Notes under the pieces: model-generated
Seen by the model: only the letters and a program-made list of their open reading frames with translations
Databases searched by the model: none
What the model was told of the DNA's origin: nothing
Made by a program: the position numbers and the translations under genes
Assembly (NCBI GenBank): GCA_041662745.1
Contig: JBAZRV010000001.1
Location: 180,001-212,000 of the forward strand
Reading direction: 5' to 3'
Source of the DNA: Patescibacteria group bacterium
GTDB taxonomy: Bacteria > Patescibacteriota > Patescibacteriia > 2-01-FULL-39-33
Length of the DNA: 32,000 bases
Part shown: positions 1 to 9,144 of the stretch, piece after piece
Position numbering within the stretch: the first letter of the stretch is position 1
How the letters are laid out: each line of letters opens with the position of its first letter

Positions 1-2
1 GC

Positions 3-1001
3 GATCCGGCGCAAAGATTCCAGGAGGACTATACTCGCATGTTGCGCGGTATCCGTTTTGTCTGCCAGCTTGATTTCGTTTTAGAGCCGGCTACTTATGA
101 AATCATAAAAGCCAAGGCGGAAAAAATAAAAACCATCGCGCCGGAAAGGATTAATGAGGAGTTTACGAAGATTATTACATCTGACAGTCCGGAAAAAGGC
201 ATCAGGTTAATGCAGGCTGTCGGTTTGCTTCAGATCCTGATTCCGGAATTGTCCGCCGCTTTCGGCGTGACGCAAAACTTGCACCATATTTATGACGTTT
301 TTGAGCATAGCGTCCGGGCGGTTCAAGCCGGAGCCGACCGTGGCTTTAAGCTGGAAGTCCGCTTGGCCGCGCTTTTTCATGACATCGGCAAACCGCAAAC
401 CAAAGAGGGCGACGGCCCTAAATCAACTTTCTATAATCATGATATCGTTGGCGCAAAAATCGCCAAGAAAATCCTGCGTCGCCTGAATTATTCCAATGAG
501 ACTGTGGACTATGTCACTCACCTGGTTCGTTACCATATGTTTTATTACGCTTTGGATATTGTTTCCGATGCCGGCGTACGCCGCTTGTTAGCGCGTTTGG
601 GCAAAGATCATATTGATGATTTTATCGCCGTGCGCATCTGTGATCGTTTGGGCATGGGCCGGCCCAAAGCCAAGCCCTGGAAACTCGTCCAATTGGAACG
701 GCGATTCAAAGAAGTGCAGTTGGATCCGATTACGCCCAAAATGCTGAAGCTTAAAGGCGATGAACTTATGAAGCTTTTAGATATTATGCCGGGACCGCGC
801 GTCGGCCTGATCTTGAATGCCTTGCTGGGCGAAGTATTGGAAGAACCGAAGAATAATGATCATGAGTATTTGGTTAAACGGGCTAGGGAATTGCAGAAAT
901 CATCTGATGGAGAATTAAAGCAACTTAATCCGGATGTGAAATTTTATGACGAAGAAAGAAAGCGGAACTTGCATCGTGTCAATCCCAGCGATGACGCTTA
1001 A
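3..1001 (+). CDS. cca: CCA-adding enzyme / tRNA nucleotidyltransferase with HD domain, 5' partial
   Basis: Frame is open to the window edge upstream of the listed ATG (DPAQRFQEDYTRMLRGIRF, typical class II nucleotidyltransferase motif), followed by an HD motif (LAALFHDIGK). Confidence 0.88.
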   Translation, partial: DPAQRFQEDYTRMLRGIRFVCQLDFVLEPATYEIIKAKAEKIKTIAPERINEEFTKIITSDSPEKGIRLMQAVGLLQILIPELSAAFGVTQNLHHIYDVFEHSVRAVQAGADRGFKLEVRLAALFHDIGKPQTKEGDGPKSTFYNHDIVGAKIAKKILRRLNYSNETVDYVTHLVRYHMFYYALDIVSDAGVRRLLARLGKDHIDDFIAVRICDRLGMGRPKAKPWKLVQLERRFKEVQLDPITPKMLKLKGDELMKLLDIMPGPRVGLILNALLGEVLEEPKNNDHEYLVKRARELQKSSDGELKQLNPDVKFYDEERKRNLHRVNPSDDA

Positions 1002-1043
1002 AAATTAAAAAACCCGGCCGAAACCGAGTTGGGAAGGTGCCAT

Positions 1044-1343
1044 TTATTGCTTGAAGAATTTTTCTATGCCGGCGAGGCGCCGTTCCAGGGACTGACGGAT
1101 CCTCTCCTTGATTATTTTTTTAGCCTCCGTCGGCACGGTACAGCTGGGATCAATGTTTTCCGGAGGAACCATTTTGTCGGTGTAAACCTTGTAGTCGTGG
1201 ACATTGAGAATATCGCAGACGTAGAGTCCTCTGAGCTGGTTAATGGCGGTGACCCAAAGAATATTGCCGGTTCTGGCGTTGGCGGCGATTTGGAAATAGT
1301 AACAGCCGATTTTAATGTCGGGATTCAGTGTTTGCTTAAGCAC
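1044..1343 (-). CDS. hypothetical protein, 99 aa
   Basis: GTG start preceded by an AAGGAG Shine-Dalgarno on the minus strand; protein-like composition; no family recognised. Confidence 0.65.
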   Translation of the reverse strand: MLKQTLNPDIKIGCYYFQIAANARTGNILWVTAINQLRGLYVCDILNVHDYKVYTDKMVPPENIDPSCTVPTEAKKIIKERIRQSLERRLAGIEKFFKQ

Positions 1344-1379
1344 AATTAACTCCTTCCCTGTTTTTACAGAACAATCTTT

Positions 1380-2348
1380 ATGTCAGATAATATTATTACA
1401 ATTGGTAAAGAAAGTCAAGGCCGGCGCCTGGATCTGTTTTTGGTTGAAGAACTGGGACGGACACGATCGCAGGTTCAAAAGTTGATTAAGTCCGGAGCGA
1501 TTGCGGTTAATGGCGGTCAGCCGACCGTGCATCGGTTTTTGAAAGAAAACGACTCCATTATCATTACGGAACCGGCCAAACCGGCTGATAATCCTAAAGG
1601 TGGAAAGAAGCTGGCTGTTCCCGTTGATTCTCATCGGGATGGCAAATTGCTCTGGCCCAAAATCAAGATTATTGATGATAATGACGAATATTTGATTATA
1701 GAAAAACCGGCCGGACTGTTGGTGCATCCGACCGATCAAAATGAAACCGATACGTTAATGGATTGGGTGATTGCCAAATATCCGCAAATTAAAAAAATTG
1801 GCGAAGATCCGGCGCGCGCCGGCATTGTTCATCGTTTGGATCGCGAAGTGTCCGGATTGATGGTTATACCGAAAACCCAAGACGCGTTTGATTACTTTAA
1901 AAAACTGTTTAAGACCAGGCAATTGACCAAGAAATATCTGGCCCTGGTTTATGGCCGAGTCGGTCAGGATGCGGGCGAGATTAACTTCCGCATCGGCCGG
2001 GGTAAATCCGGCGAAGGCAAATTCGCCGCTTTTCCTGTCGCCGCCGAAGCCGGTAAAGTCGCCAAGACATTGTTTACCGTTAAGCAGAGGTTCAATAATT
2101 ATACCTTGTTGGAATTGGAGATTTTGACCGGCCGCACTCACCAGATTCGCGTACATCTTTTTGCTTTAGGCCATCCGATCGTCGGCGATAATCTTTATCG
2201 CAATAATCGCCTGAAAGAAAAACTTAGGCCGGGACGGGTATTTTTGCACGCTTACTATTTGGGTTTTAAGAATCAGCAAACTGAAGAAAAGATTTATCAA
2301 TCCGAATTGCCGGCAGAATTGGCGCAAATATTGAAAAAATTGAAATAA
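1380..2348 (+). CDS. RluA family 23S rRNA/tRNA pseudouridine synthase with N-terminal S4 domain
   Basis: S4-like N-terminus (GRRLDLFLVEELGRTRSQVQKLIKSGAIAVNG), catalytic motif GIVHRLDREVSGLMVI, and LEILTGRTHQIRVH. Confidence 0.93.
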   Translation: MSDNIITIGKESQGRRLDLFLVEELGRTRSQVQKLIKSGAIAVNGGQPTVHRFLKENDSIIITEPAKPADNPKGGKKLAVPVDSHRDGKLLWPKIKIIDDNDEYLIIEKPAGLLVHPTDQNETDTLMDWVIAKYPQIKKIGEDPARAGIVHRLDREVSGLMVIPKTQDAFDYFKKLFKTRQLTKKYLALVYGRVGQDAGEINFRIGRGKSGEGKFAAFPVAAEAGKVAKTLFTVKQRFNNYTLLELEILTGRTHQIRVHLFALGHPIVGDNLYRNNRLKEKLRPGRVFLHAYYLGFKNQQTEEKIYQSELPAELAQILKKLK

Positions 2349-2370
2349 TTAAAATCAATATTTTATAAAG

Positions 2371-2405
2371 AACATCATTATTTTATATTAGTGATGTTTT
2401 TTTAT
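2371..2405 (+). terminator. intrinsic terminator after the RluA gene
   Basis: AACATCA...TGATGTT hairpin followed by a T-rich tract. Confidence 0.6.
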
Positions 2406-2527
2406 TTTTTGTTCTATTTCGCGGGGTTGGTCTAAAAATTAGGCGATTAAGCGAACTCGCATTAACAAACTTGGCTATAGCCTTGTGGCAAGCTCTGATG
2501 CTTGGCATCGGGGTAAATCCTTGGCGC

Positions 2528-2556
2528 TTGACAAAAATCATTAGTTGTGATATACT
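2528..2556 (+). promoter_or_regulatory. sigma70-type promoter for the 2716 gene
   Basis: TTGACA (2528-2533), 17-nt spacer, TATACT (2551-2556). Confidence 0.75.
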
Positions 2557-2715
2557 GGAATATCCGATATGAAACGGATGAAGATTAGTTGATTATTGTT
2601 TTTTCATTTTAATTTGCCGGCAGATGGTAGTAGAAAGTTTTTCTATTGCCGTTTGCCGGTAAAATGACTCCACCAACCCGGCAGATCCTTTGGGATCGGA
2701 GTCAGAAAGACGGTT

Positions 2716-3159
2716 ATGGACAAGCGCGATCAGATGATTTTGGCAGTGGCCAGCGCGGCTCACGAGGATTGGCGGGCGCAGTATCGAGCCGCTAATGGCG
2801 ACAAACCGCGAGTGAAGAAAACCAAGGACCCGGCCTTTAACGCGCGCGGCATTACGGAGGTGGACATCGCCTCCTTATCTTACGAAGAATTGCCGACCGA
2901 CTGGCAAGCCGAAAACAAGGCCGGCGCCGAAGTTGCAGTGGACTGCATCCTGGTCGCGGTTGATCAGGGTCGAGCCTTGGATGATAACTTCATTATTGAG
3001 GACTTTATTGAAGAAGCCGCCGCCGTCCAGCACGAGAAGTGGCTGGAGAGAAACGGCGCCTGGGCACCGGAAAGCCAGAAGCTCCCCTACGCCGATTTGA
3101 GCGAGGAGGAAAAGGAGAAAGACCGTTTCTTCGTCCGGTGCGCTATTGAAGCGTTGTAA
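2716..3159 (+). CDS. RyR-domain-like protein, possibly two tandem copies, 147 aa
   Basis: C-terminal half QHEKWLERNGAWAPESQKLPYADLSEEEKEKDRFFV resembles RyR repeats; N-terminal half has HEDW...LSYEELPTDWQAENKAG. By-eye family call. Confidence 0.6.
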   Translation: MDKRDQMILAVASAAHEDWRAQYRAANGDKPRVKKTKDPAFNARGITEVDIASLSYEELPTDWQAENKAGAEVAVDCILVAVDQGRALDDNFIIEDFIEEAAAVQHEKWLERNGAWAPESQKLPYADLSEEEKEKDRFFVRCAIEAL

Positions 3160-3210
3160 GCATTTGAAGCGCTATAAAGCATCAAAGCACCGTGATTTTT
3201 AGTCCCTTTA

Positions 3211-3245
3211 GGGGCGTTGACTGTTTAGTCGGCGCCCCGTTTTTT
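3211..3245 (+). terminator. intrinsic terminator
   Basis: GGGGCGTTGACT-GTTT-AGTCGGCGCCCC hairpin followed by a T-tract. Confidence 0.8.
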
Positions 3246-3272
3246 AAAACCTACTCCGTCGCTTGCCAGGGA

Positions 3273-4079
3273 TCATCCGGTTGGCGGCGTTTTTTGTTTG
3301 ATTAGGGTTTTCAGGTAATGGTTCAAATCAATTTTCCTGGCGGAGAATTTCATGGTTTCATACAGCGCCTTAAGCGCCAATCTAATGCTGTCGTTTTTTA
3401 TCTTAACCACGATTTTTTTCTCAAAGTTTATCAAAACCACTTCCTTGTCCAGGATTAAAATATCCATATCAAAATCAATCAGTCCGTCGCTGACCAAATA
3501 CATTACAGTCAGACGGTTTTCATAGGTCTTTAACAAATAAAGCGGCAGATCACTAAAGTATTCCAACGAGCTCTCTCCGGCGACGCCTTCAATGATTATT
3601 TTTTTCTGTTTGAATTGATTTTGGATGTCGTTTAAATAACCGTAGCTTAAGGATTTTTGCGCTTTGACCGATTTGTTGCCTTGGATGGCATAGACGCGGC
3701 TGTTTTTGTTGATTTTCAACGACTGGCGATAGGCATTCAGAACCGCCGCCTGGCTTTTAAAAATCTCCACGCCGATATCCGGCAGATTAATCAGCGCCCG
3801 GGAAAGCGTCAGATTGAAAAAGCCGTACAGCGAATTTATTTTTTCCGCCAAATTGTTTTCATCGGCCAGCCGCCATTCAAAGTGGCCGCCGATTTTTGTT
3901 TTTTTGATTATCCCCCGCTCTAACAGTTTGTTCAATAGGAAGTTAACCGTCGTTCTTTTGACTTCGGTTTTACGGGAGATTGCGGTCGGCGTTAATCTTT
4001 TCTCGCCGCCAAGCGCTTGAATAATTTTTATTTCCCCCGGCTGAAGTTCCAGAAAAGACGGGGTGTTTTTGTGTTTCAT
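3273..4079 (-). CDS. TrmB-like winged-helix transcriptional regulator
   Basis: N-terminal wHTH (LTPTAISRKTEVKRTTVNFLLNKLLERGIIKK) plus a C-terminal TrmB/PLD-like region. Confidence 0.75.
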   Translation of the reverse strand: MKHKNTPSFLELQPGEIKIIQALGGEKRLTPTAISRKTEVKRTTVNFLLNKLLERGIIKKTKIGGHFEWRLADENNLAEKINSLYGFFNLTLSRALINLPDIGVEIFKSQAAVLNAYRQSLKINKNSRVYAIQGNKSVKAQKSLSYGYLNDIQNQFKQKKIIIEGVAGESSLEYFSDLPLYLLKTYENRLTVMYLVSDGLIDFDMDILILDKEVVLINFEKKIVVKIKNDSIRLALKALYETMKFSARKIDLNHYLKTLIKQKTPPTG

Positions 4080-4233
4080 ATATTAGCATCATACAAAATG
4101 ACAAGATTATTGTCAAAAATAATAAGTAATTTTGTTTAAAATTAGAGCAAAAATTAAATTGGCTTGATTTTATTAGATTAATGGCTACTGGTCAATTATA
4201 CTTCAGGTTAGATAACAGATAAACGGCGAATAT

Positions 4234-4410
4234 ATGGAAAATAAAGAACAAAAATGGCAAAGCGTTTGCGTCATGGGCGCTTGTCCGGAATTTCTGCCAA
4301 CTAAGGAGGGTATAAAGCTTAGAAATTCCAACCAACCGGAAAAAGTTGTTGACTTTTCTCAAGAAGAATGGCGGGAATTGCGGGAAGCGTTTATAGAGAA
4401 GAGAATTTAG
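4234..4410 (+). CDS. DUF397-like small protein, 58 aa, not in the ORF track
   Basis: Translation MENKEQKWQSVCVMGACPEFLPTKEGIKLRNSNQPEKVVDFSQEEWRELREAFIEKRI; matches the DUF397 layout C(V)...vrlR(d/n)S...v.fs.eEW..l. Confidence 0.6.
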   Translation: MENKEQKWQSVCVMGACPEFLPTKEGIKLRNSNQPEKVVDFSQEEWRELREAFIEKRI

Positions 4411-4463
4411 TTTTTTACAAGATAAGCAAGAGATAAGAACAATAGGGAAGGAATAGATAAATC

Positions 4464-4847
4464 ATGCCGGAGCAAAAGCTTTGCGATATGCTTGATAAGG
4501 TTTTAAAGAAAGCCGAGGCAGATAAACGCCGCCAACAATTGCAAGATAATATTCGCGCAAAAAAAGAAATTAGCCGGTTGATAAATCCGGAAATTAAAGC
4601 TATCATTGACGGCTTGCCGGAAGCGTTAACAGCCAAGGCAAAACTTGGCGAGAATGGGATTGATTATGTGATATTAGGAGATAGACGCGGTTATCTTGAC
4701 AAGTTGTCATGCAGGCAAGAGTTTAACGAGCTGACTCCCATAATTAATTTATTTAAATTTTGTCAGAGGAACGGCTTGAAGCTTAAAGTGGATACGAATT
4801 ATTATCCTTATCTTAATTGCGTCGCTGTATTAAGGATTAATTGGTAG
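4464..4847 (+). CDS. hypothetical protein, 127 aa
   Basis: Clean ORF with protein-like composition downstream of the DUF397-like ORF. Confidence 0.65.
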   Translation: MPEQKLCDMLDKVLKKAEADKRRQQLQDNIRAKKEISRLINPEIKAIIDGLPEALTAKAKLGENGIDYVILGDRRGYLDKLSCRQEFNELTPIINLFKFCQRNGLKLKVDTNYYPYLNCVAVLRINW

Positions 4848-4938
4848 TTAGCAGTCGGAAAGGGAATATAATCATGTTTATGCGCGCCACTAATGAATAT
4901 AGTAGAGCATTAAGTGAAAATGAATTCCAATTTGTACA

Positions 4939-4968
4939 AAAAGACCTCGGAATTATCCGAGGTCTTTT
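4939..4968. terminator. bidirectional intrinsic terminator
   Basis: Perfect 12-bp stem AAAAGACCTCGG-AATTAT-CCGAGGTCTTTT between convergent genes. Confidence 0.88.
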
Positions 4969-5019
4969 ATTTTTTTATTTTAGTTATTTGCCATAAACCA
5001 TAAGCTATACACCATGTCT

Positions 5020-6684
<1,665 letters not shown>

Positions 6685-6727
6685 TTAATAATCAAATTAC
6701 AAAATACAATAATCAAAAGATATAAAT

Positions 6728-7000
6728 CTATTCAATCACTGCCAGCACGTCTTCCGCTGACAGGATTTTGTATTCTTTATCATCAACCTTTATTTCATCT
6801 CCGGCGTATTTGCCGCAGATTATTCTGTTGCCCGGTTTCAGTCCGAGCTTAGATACTTTTTCGCCTTCGCCGATGGCGATGACTTCGCCCTCCGCTTTCT
6901 TTTCTTTGGCCGTATCCGGCAAGATAATGCCCGATTTGGTCATTTCCTCTTCTTTAATGGAGGCAACCAGTACGCGGTCGCCTAACGGTTTAATGTTCAT
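6728..7000 (-). CDS. groS: co-chaperonin GroES
   Basis: MNIKPLGDRVLV...SGIILPDTAKEKK...GEVIAIGEG; immediately upstream of groEL. Confidence 0.97.
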   Translation of the reverse strand: MNIKPLGDRVLVASIKEEEMTKSGIILPDTAKEKKAEGEVIAIGEGEKVSKLGLKPGNRIICGKYAGDEIKVDDKEYKILSAEDVLAVIE

Positions 7001-7029
7001 ATGATTTTTTTATTAATAATTTTAGTCAA

Positions 7030-7063
7030 TTGTCGCTTAAATTATATTGTCGCTTAAATTATG
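7030..7063 (-). repeat. 17-bp perfect tandem duplication in the groES leader
   Basis: ATTGTCGCTTAAATTAT at 7030-7046 and 7047-7063. Confidence 0.9.
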
Positions 7064-7080
7064 TTGATGATTTTTTCCGA

Positions 7081-7107
7081 TTAGCACTCATAATGTAAGA
7101 GCGCTAA
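7081..7107. promoter_or_regulatory. CIRCE element (HrcA operator)
   Basis: TTAGCACTC-N9-GAGCGCTAA; one mismatch to the TTAGCACTC-N9-GAGTGCTAA consensus. Confidence 0.93.
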
Positions 7108-7123
7108 CTGCTTAACTGAGGGT

Positions 7124-7152
7124 ATTGTAAGAGATAGACGGCTCTTTGTCAA
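7124..7152 (-). promoter_or_regulatory. groES-groEL sigma70-type promoter
   Basis: Minus strand TTGACA (7152-7147), 17-nt spacer, TACAAT (7129-7124); predicted TSS just upstream of CIRCE. Confidence 0.82.
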
Positions 7153-7164
7153 GGGTTTTTTAGG

Positions 7165-7193
7165 TTGCGTTTAGAGTGGTTTTCTGGTATAAT
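7165..7193 (+). promoter_or_regulatory. candidate promoter for the M23 peptidase gene
   Basis: TTGCGT (7165-7170), 17-nt spacer, TATAAT (7188-7193) with a TG extension. Confidence 0.55.
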
Positions 7194-8562
7194 CAAACAG
7201 GTAAAAATAACAATAACTGCCAAGTATATTAAGAAACAATGGGACAAACTAATAACGCGGTTATTAGCTTTTTTGTTAAGAGGCCTGCTTAAGTCAGGCG
7301 AGTTTTCGGTTTGGTCGGGGAGACGTTTGGCGATAGTCTTAAAGCCGGTGACGCAGTTGATTTTTAAGTCTGTCACCTTGCCCCTGTACGGCAGGTATCT
7401 GTGGCTGAAATCGCAGTTGGCCAAGAATGCTTCGCAGCGAACCGATAAATTTTTATTGCTTTTGACTAATCGTTATCTGTACCATGTTCTTCTGGTGTTG
7501 CTGGGTGTCGGCGTGGTTACTTCCAACCTGCTGGCCTATGAGAATAAGGAGGATTACGGACAAAACGCTCTGGTTTATAAATTAGCCGGCCTAAGCGATA
7601 TTGAGATTATAGAAGATTCCAATAATATTTTTGAGGATACCAAAGTTTACAATTATCAAGATCAGGGATTATATGTGCAAGGCAATTTTTATTCTGACAG
7701 CCAAGGCGTTGATCAGGATAATATTTTTACCGATCAGGCGATGGTCCAAGGAGATTTGGCTTTAATCAAACCGGTTGTTTCTACCGATGAAGCCAAAAAT
7801 ACAGTCGGAGTTATTCAGGAGTACGAGGTGGTCCAAGGCGATTCTATCGGCAAGATCGCATCCAGATTCGGCGTATCAGTCAACACGATTTTGTGGGCGA
7901 ATAATTTATCTTTCTCGTCCTATGTTAAGCCGGGACAAAAATTGATCGTCCCGTCAATGAGCGGCGTAGTTTATAAAGTGGTCAAAGGCGATACGGTTTC
8001 CAAAATCGCCAAAAAGTACGGCATACCCGAAGCTAAGATTGTTGAGGCTAACGCTTTGAACGAGGATAGCTTGACTATTGGCAAACTGGTCATCGTGCCC
8101 GGCGCCAAGATTATTGAAACGGCCAAGCCGCGCGTCGTAGCCGCCGCCGCCGTACCGGCTCGTACTGCCGCCGATAATAATGTGGTAGTGCAAGGCACCG
8201 GTCGCATGAGTTGGCCTAACGGCTGTTATCGCATTTCGCAATATTATAAGGGCTGGATTCATACCGGACTAGATATCGCCTGTCCGTGGGGTACGCCGCT
8301 TCGAGCCGCCGACTCGGGTACGGTTACTCGCGTCCAATATGGCAGAACCGGTTACGGTTATAATGTGATTATTAATCATGGCGGAGGCATTCAAACGCTT
8401 TATGGCCATATGAGCAGGATTGATGTGGTAGTCGGCCAGAGCGTTGAGAAAGGCGAAGTAATCGGCGCCGAAGGTTCTACCGGACGTTCCACCGGACCCC
8501 ATTTGCATTTTGAAGTGCGCATTAACGGCACGCAAGTCAATCCTTTGGGCTATATTCGCTAA
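7165..8562 (+). CDS. M23 family metallopeptidase with two LysM domains
   Basis: LysM repeats (YEVVQGDSIGKIASRFGVSVNTILWANN; YKVVKGDTVSKIAKKYGIPEAKIVEAN) and M23 motifs (HTGLDIACPWGTP, GRSTGPHLHFEVRING). The listed start is uncertain. Confidence 0.9.
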   Translation: MRLEWFSGIIKQVKITITAKYIKKQWDKLITRLLAFLLRGLLKSGEFSVWSGRRLAIVLKPVTQLIFKSVTLPLYGRYLWLKSQLAKNASQRTDKFLLLLTNRYLYHVLLVLLGVGVVTSNLLAYENKEDYGQNALVYKLAGLSDIEIIEDSNNIFEDTKVYNYQDQGLYVQGNFYSDSQGVDQDNIFTDQAMVQGDLALIKPVVSTDEAKNTVGVIQEYEVVQGDSIGKIASRFGVSVNTILWANNLSFSSYVKPGQKLIVPSMSGVVYKVVKGDTVSKIAKKYGIPEAKIVEANALNEDSLTIGKLVIVPGAKIIETAKPRVVAAAAVPARTAADNNVVVQGTGRMSWPNGCYRISQYYKGWIHTGLDIACPWGTPLRAADSGTVTRVQYGRTGYGYNVIINHGGGIQTLYGHMSRIDVVVGQSVEKGEVIGAEGSTGRSTGPHLHFEVRINGTQVNPLGYIR

Positions 8563-8688
8563 GTTGTTATTTTAGGAGTTATCATAGACAACCACTTGAC
8601 AACTTAAAGTTAATCTGCTAATATTGGATATTCAATATAGAACTTTAAAGTATAATTGATCTAACCGCAAAACAAGAAGGAGATGATC

Positions 8689-9087
8689 ATGGCAATTCAG
8701 ATTTTGTGCATTGGTTGCAATCGGCTGTTTGTAATGACACCGGCCAATACTTTTTATGCTCCCATTACCGATGGCAAGCATATGGAAGCAATCAGCTTGA
8801 AAGTTTCTTGCCCGCATTGCCAACGAGAAAACTCCGCGGAGCTTCATGCGCCCAAGCCGAATGATCGGGAACATGACGGAATCAAGCGGAAGTATGTTGG
8901 CGAACTCAGTTGTGCCGGTCGATTTACTCCCGCTTCGGCGCCGGATCTTGGCAAACCCCAGCAGGAGAACCGGTCGTCCGACCTATCGGCTGCCGCAGTG
9001 GAGGGGCAAAAAGATGCGCCCCCAGTCAAAGAGGATACAGCGCATCGAGCGGGTTGGTTTGGCTGGCTGGTTGGCCCGGAAAGATGA
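8689..9087 (+). CDS. hypothetical protein with N-terminal CxxC/CPHC zinc-ribbon-like motif
   Basis: AAGAAGGAG Shine-Dalgarno before ATG ATC ATG; CIGC...CPHC near the N-terminus; polar tail. Confidence 0.6.
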   Translation: MAIQILCIGCNRLFVMTPANTFYAPITDGKHMEAISLKVSCPHCQRENSAELHAPKPNDREHDGIKRKYVGELSCAGRFTPASAPDLGKPQQENRSSDLSAAAVEGQKDAPPVKEDTAHRAGWFGWLVGPER

Positions 9088-9104
9088 ATTATTTTTGAAC
9101 AAAC

Positions 9105-9131
9105 AAGCCGCTCTGAGTTAGAGCGGCTTTT
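9105..9131. terminator. intrinsic terminator
   Basis: AAGCCGCTC...GAGCGGCTT stem followed by T's. Confidence 0.75.
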
Positions 9132-9144
9132 GTGTTTATTACGG

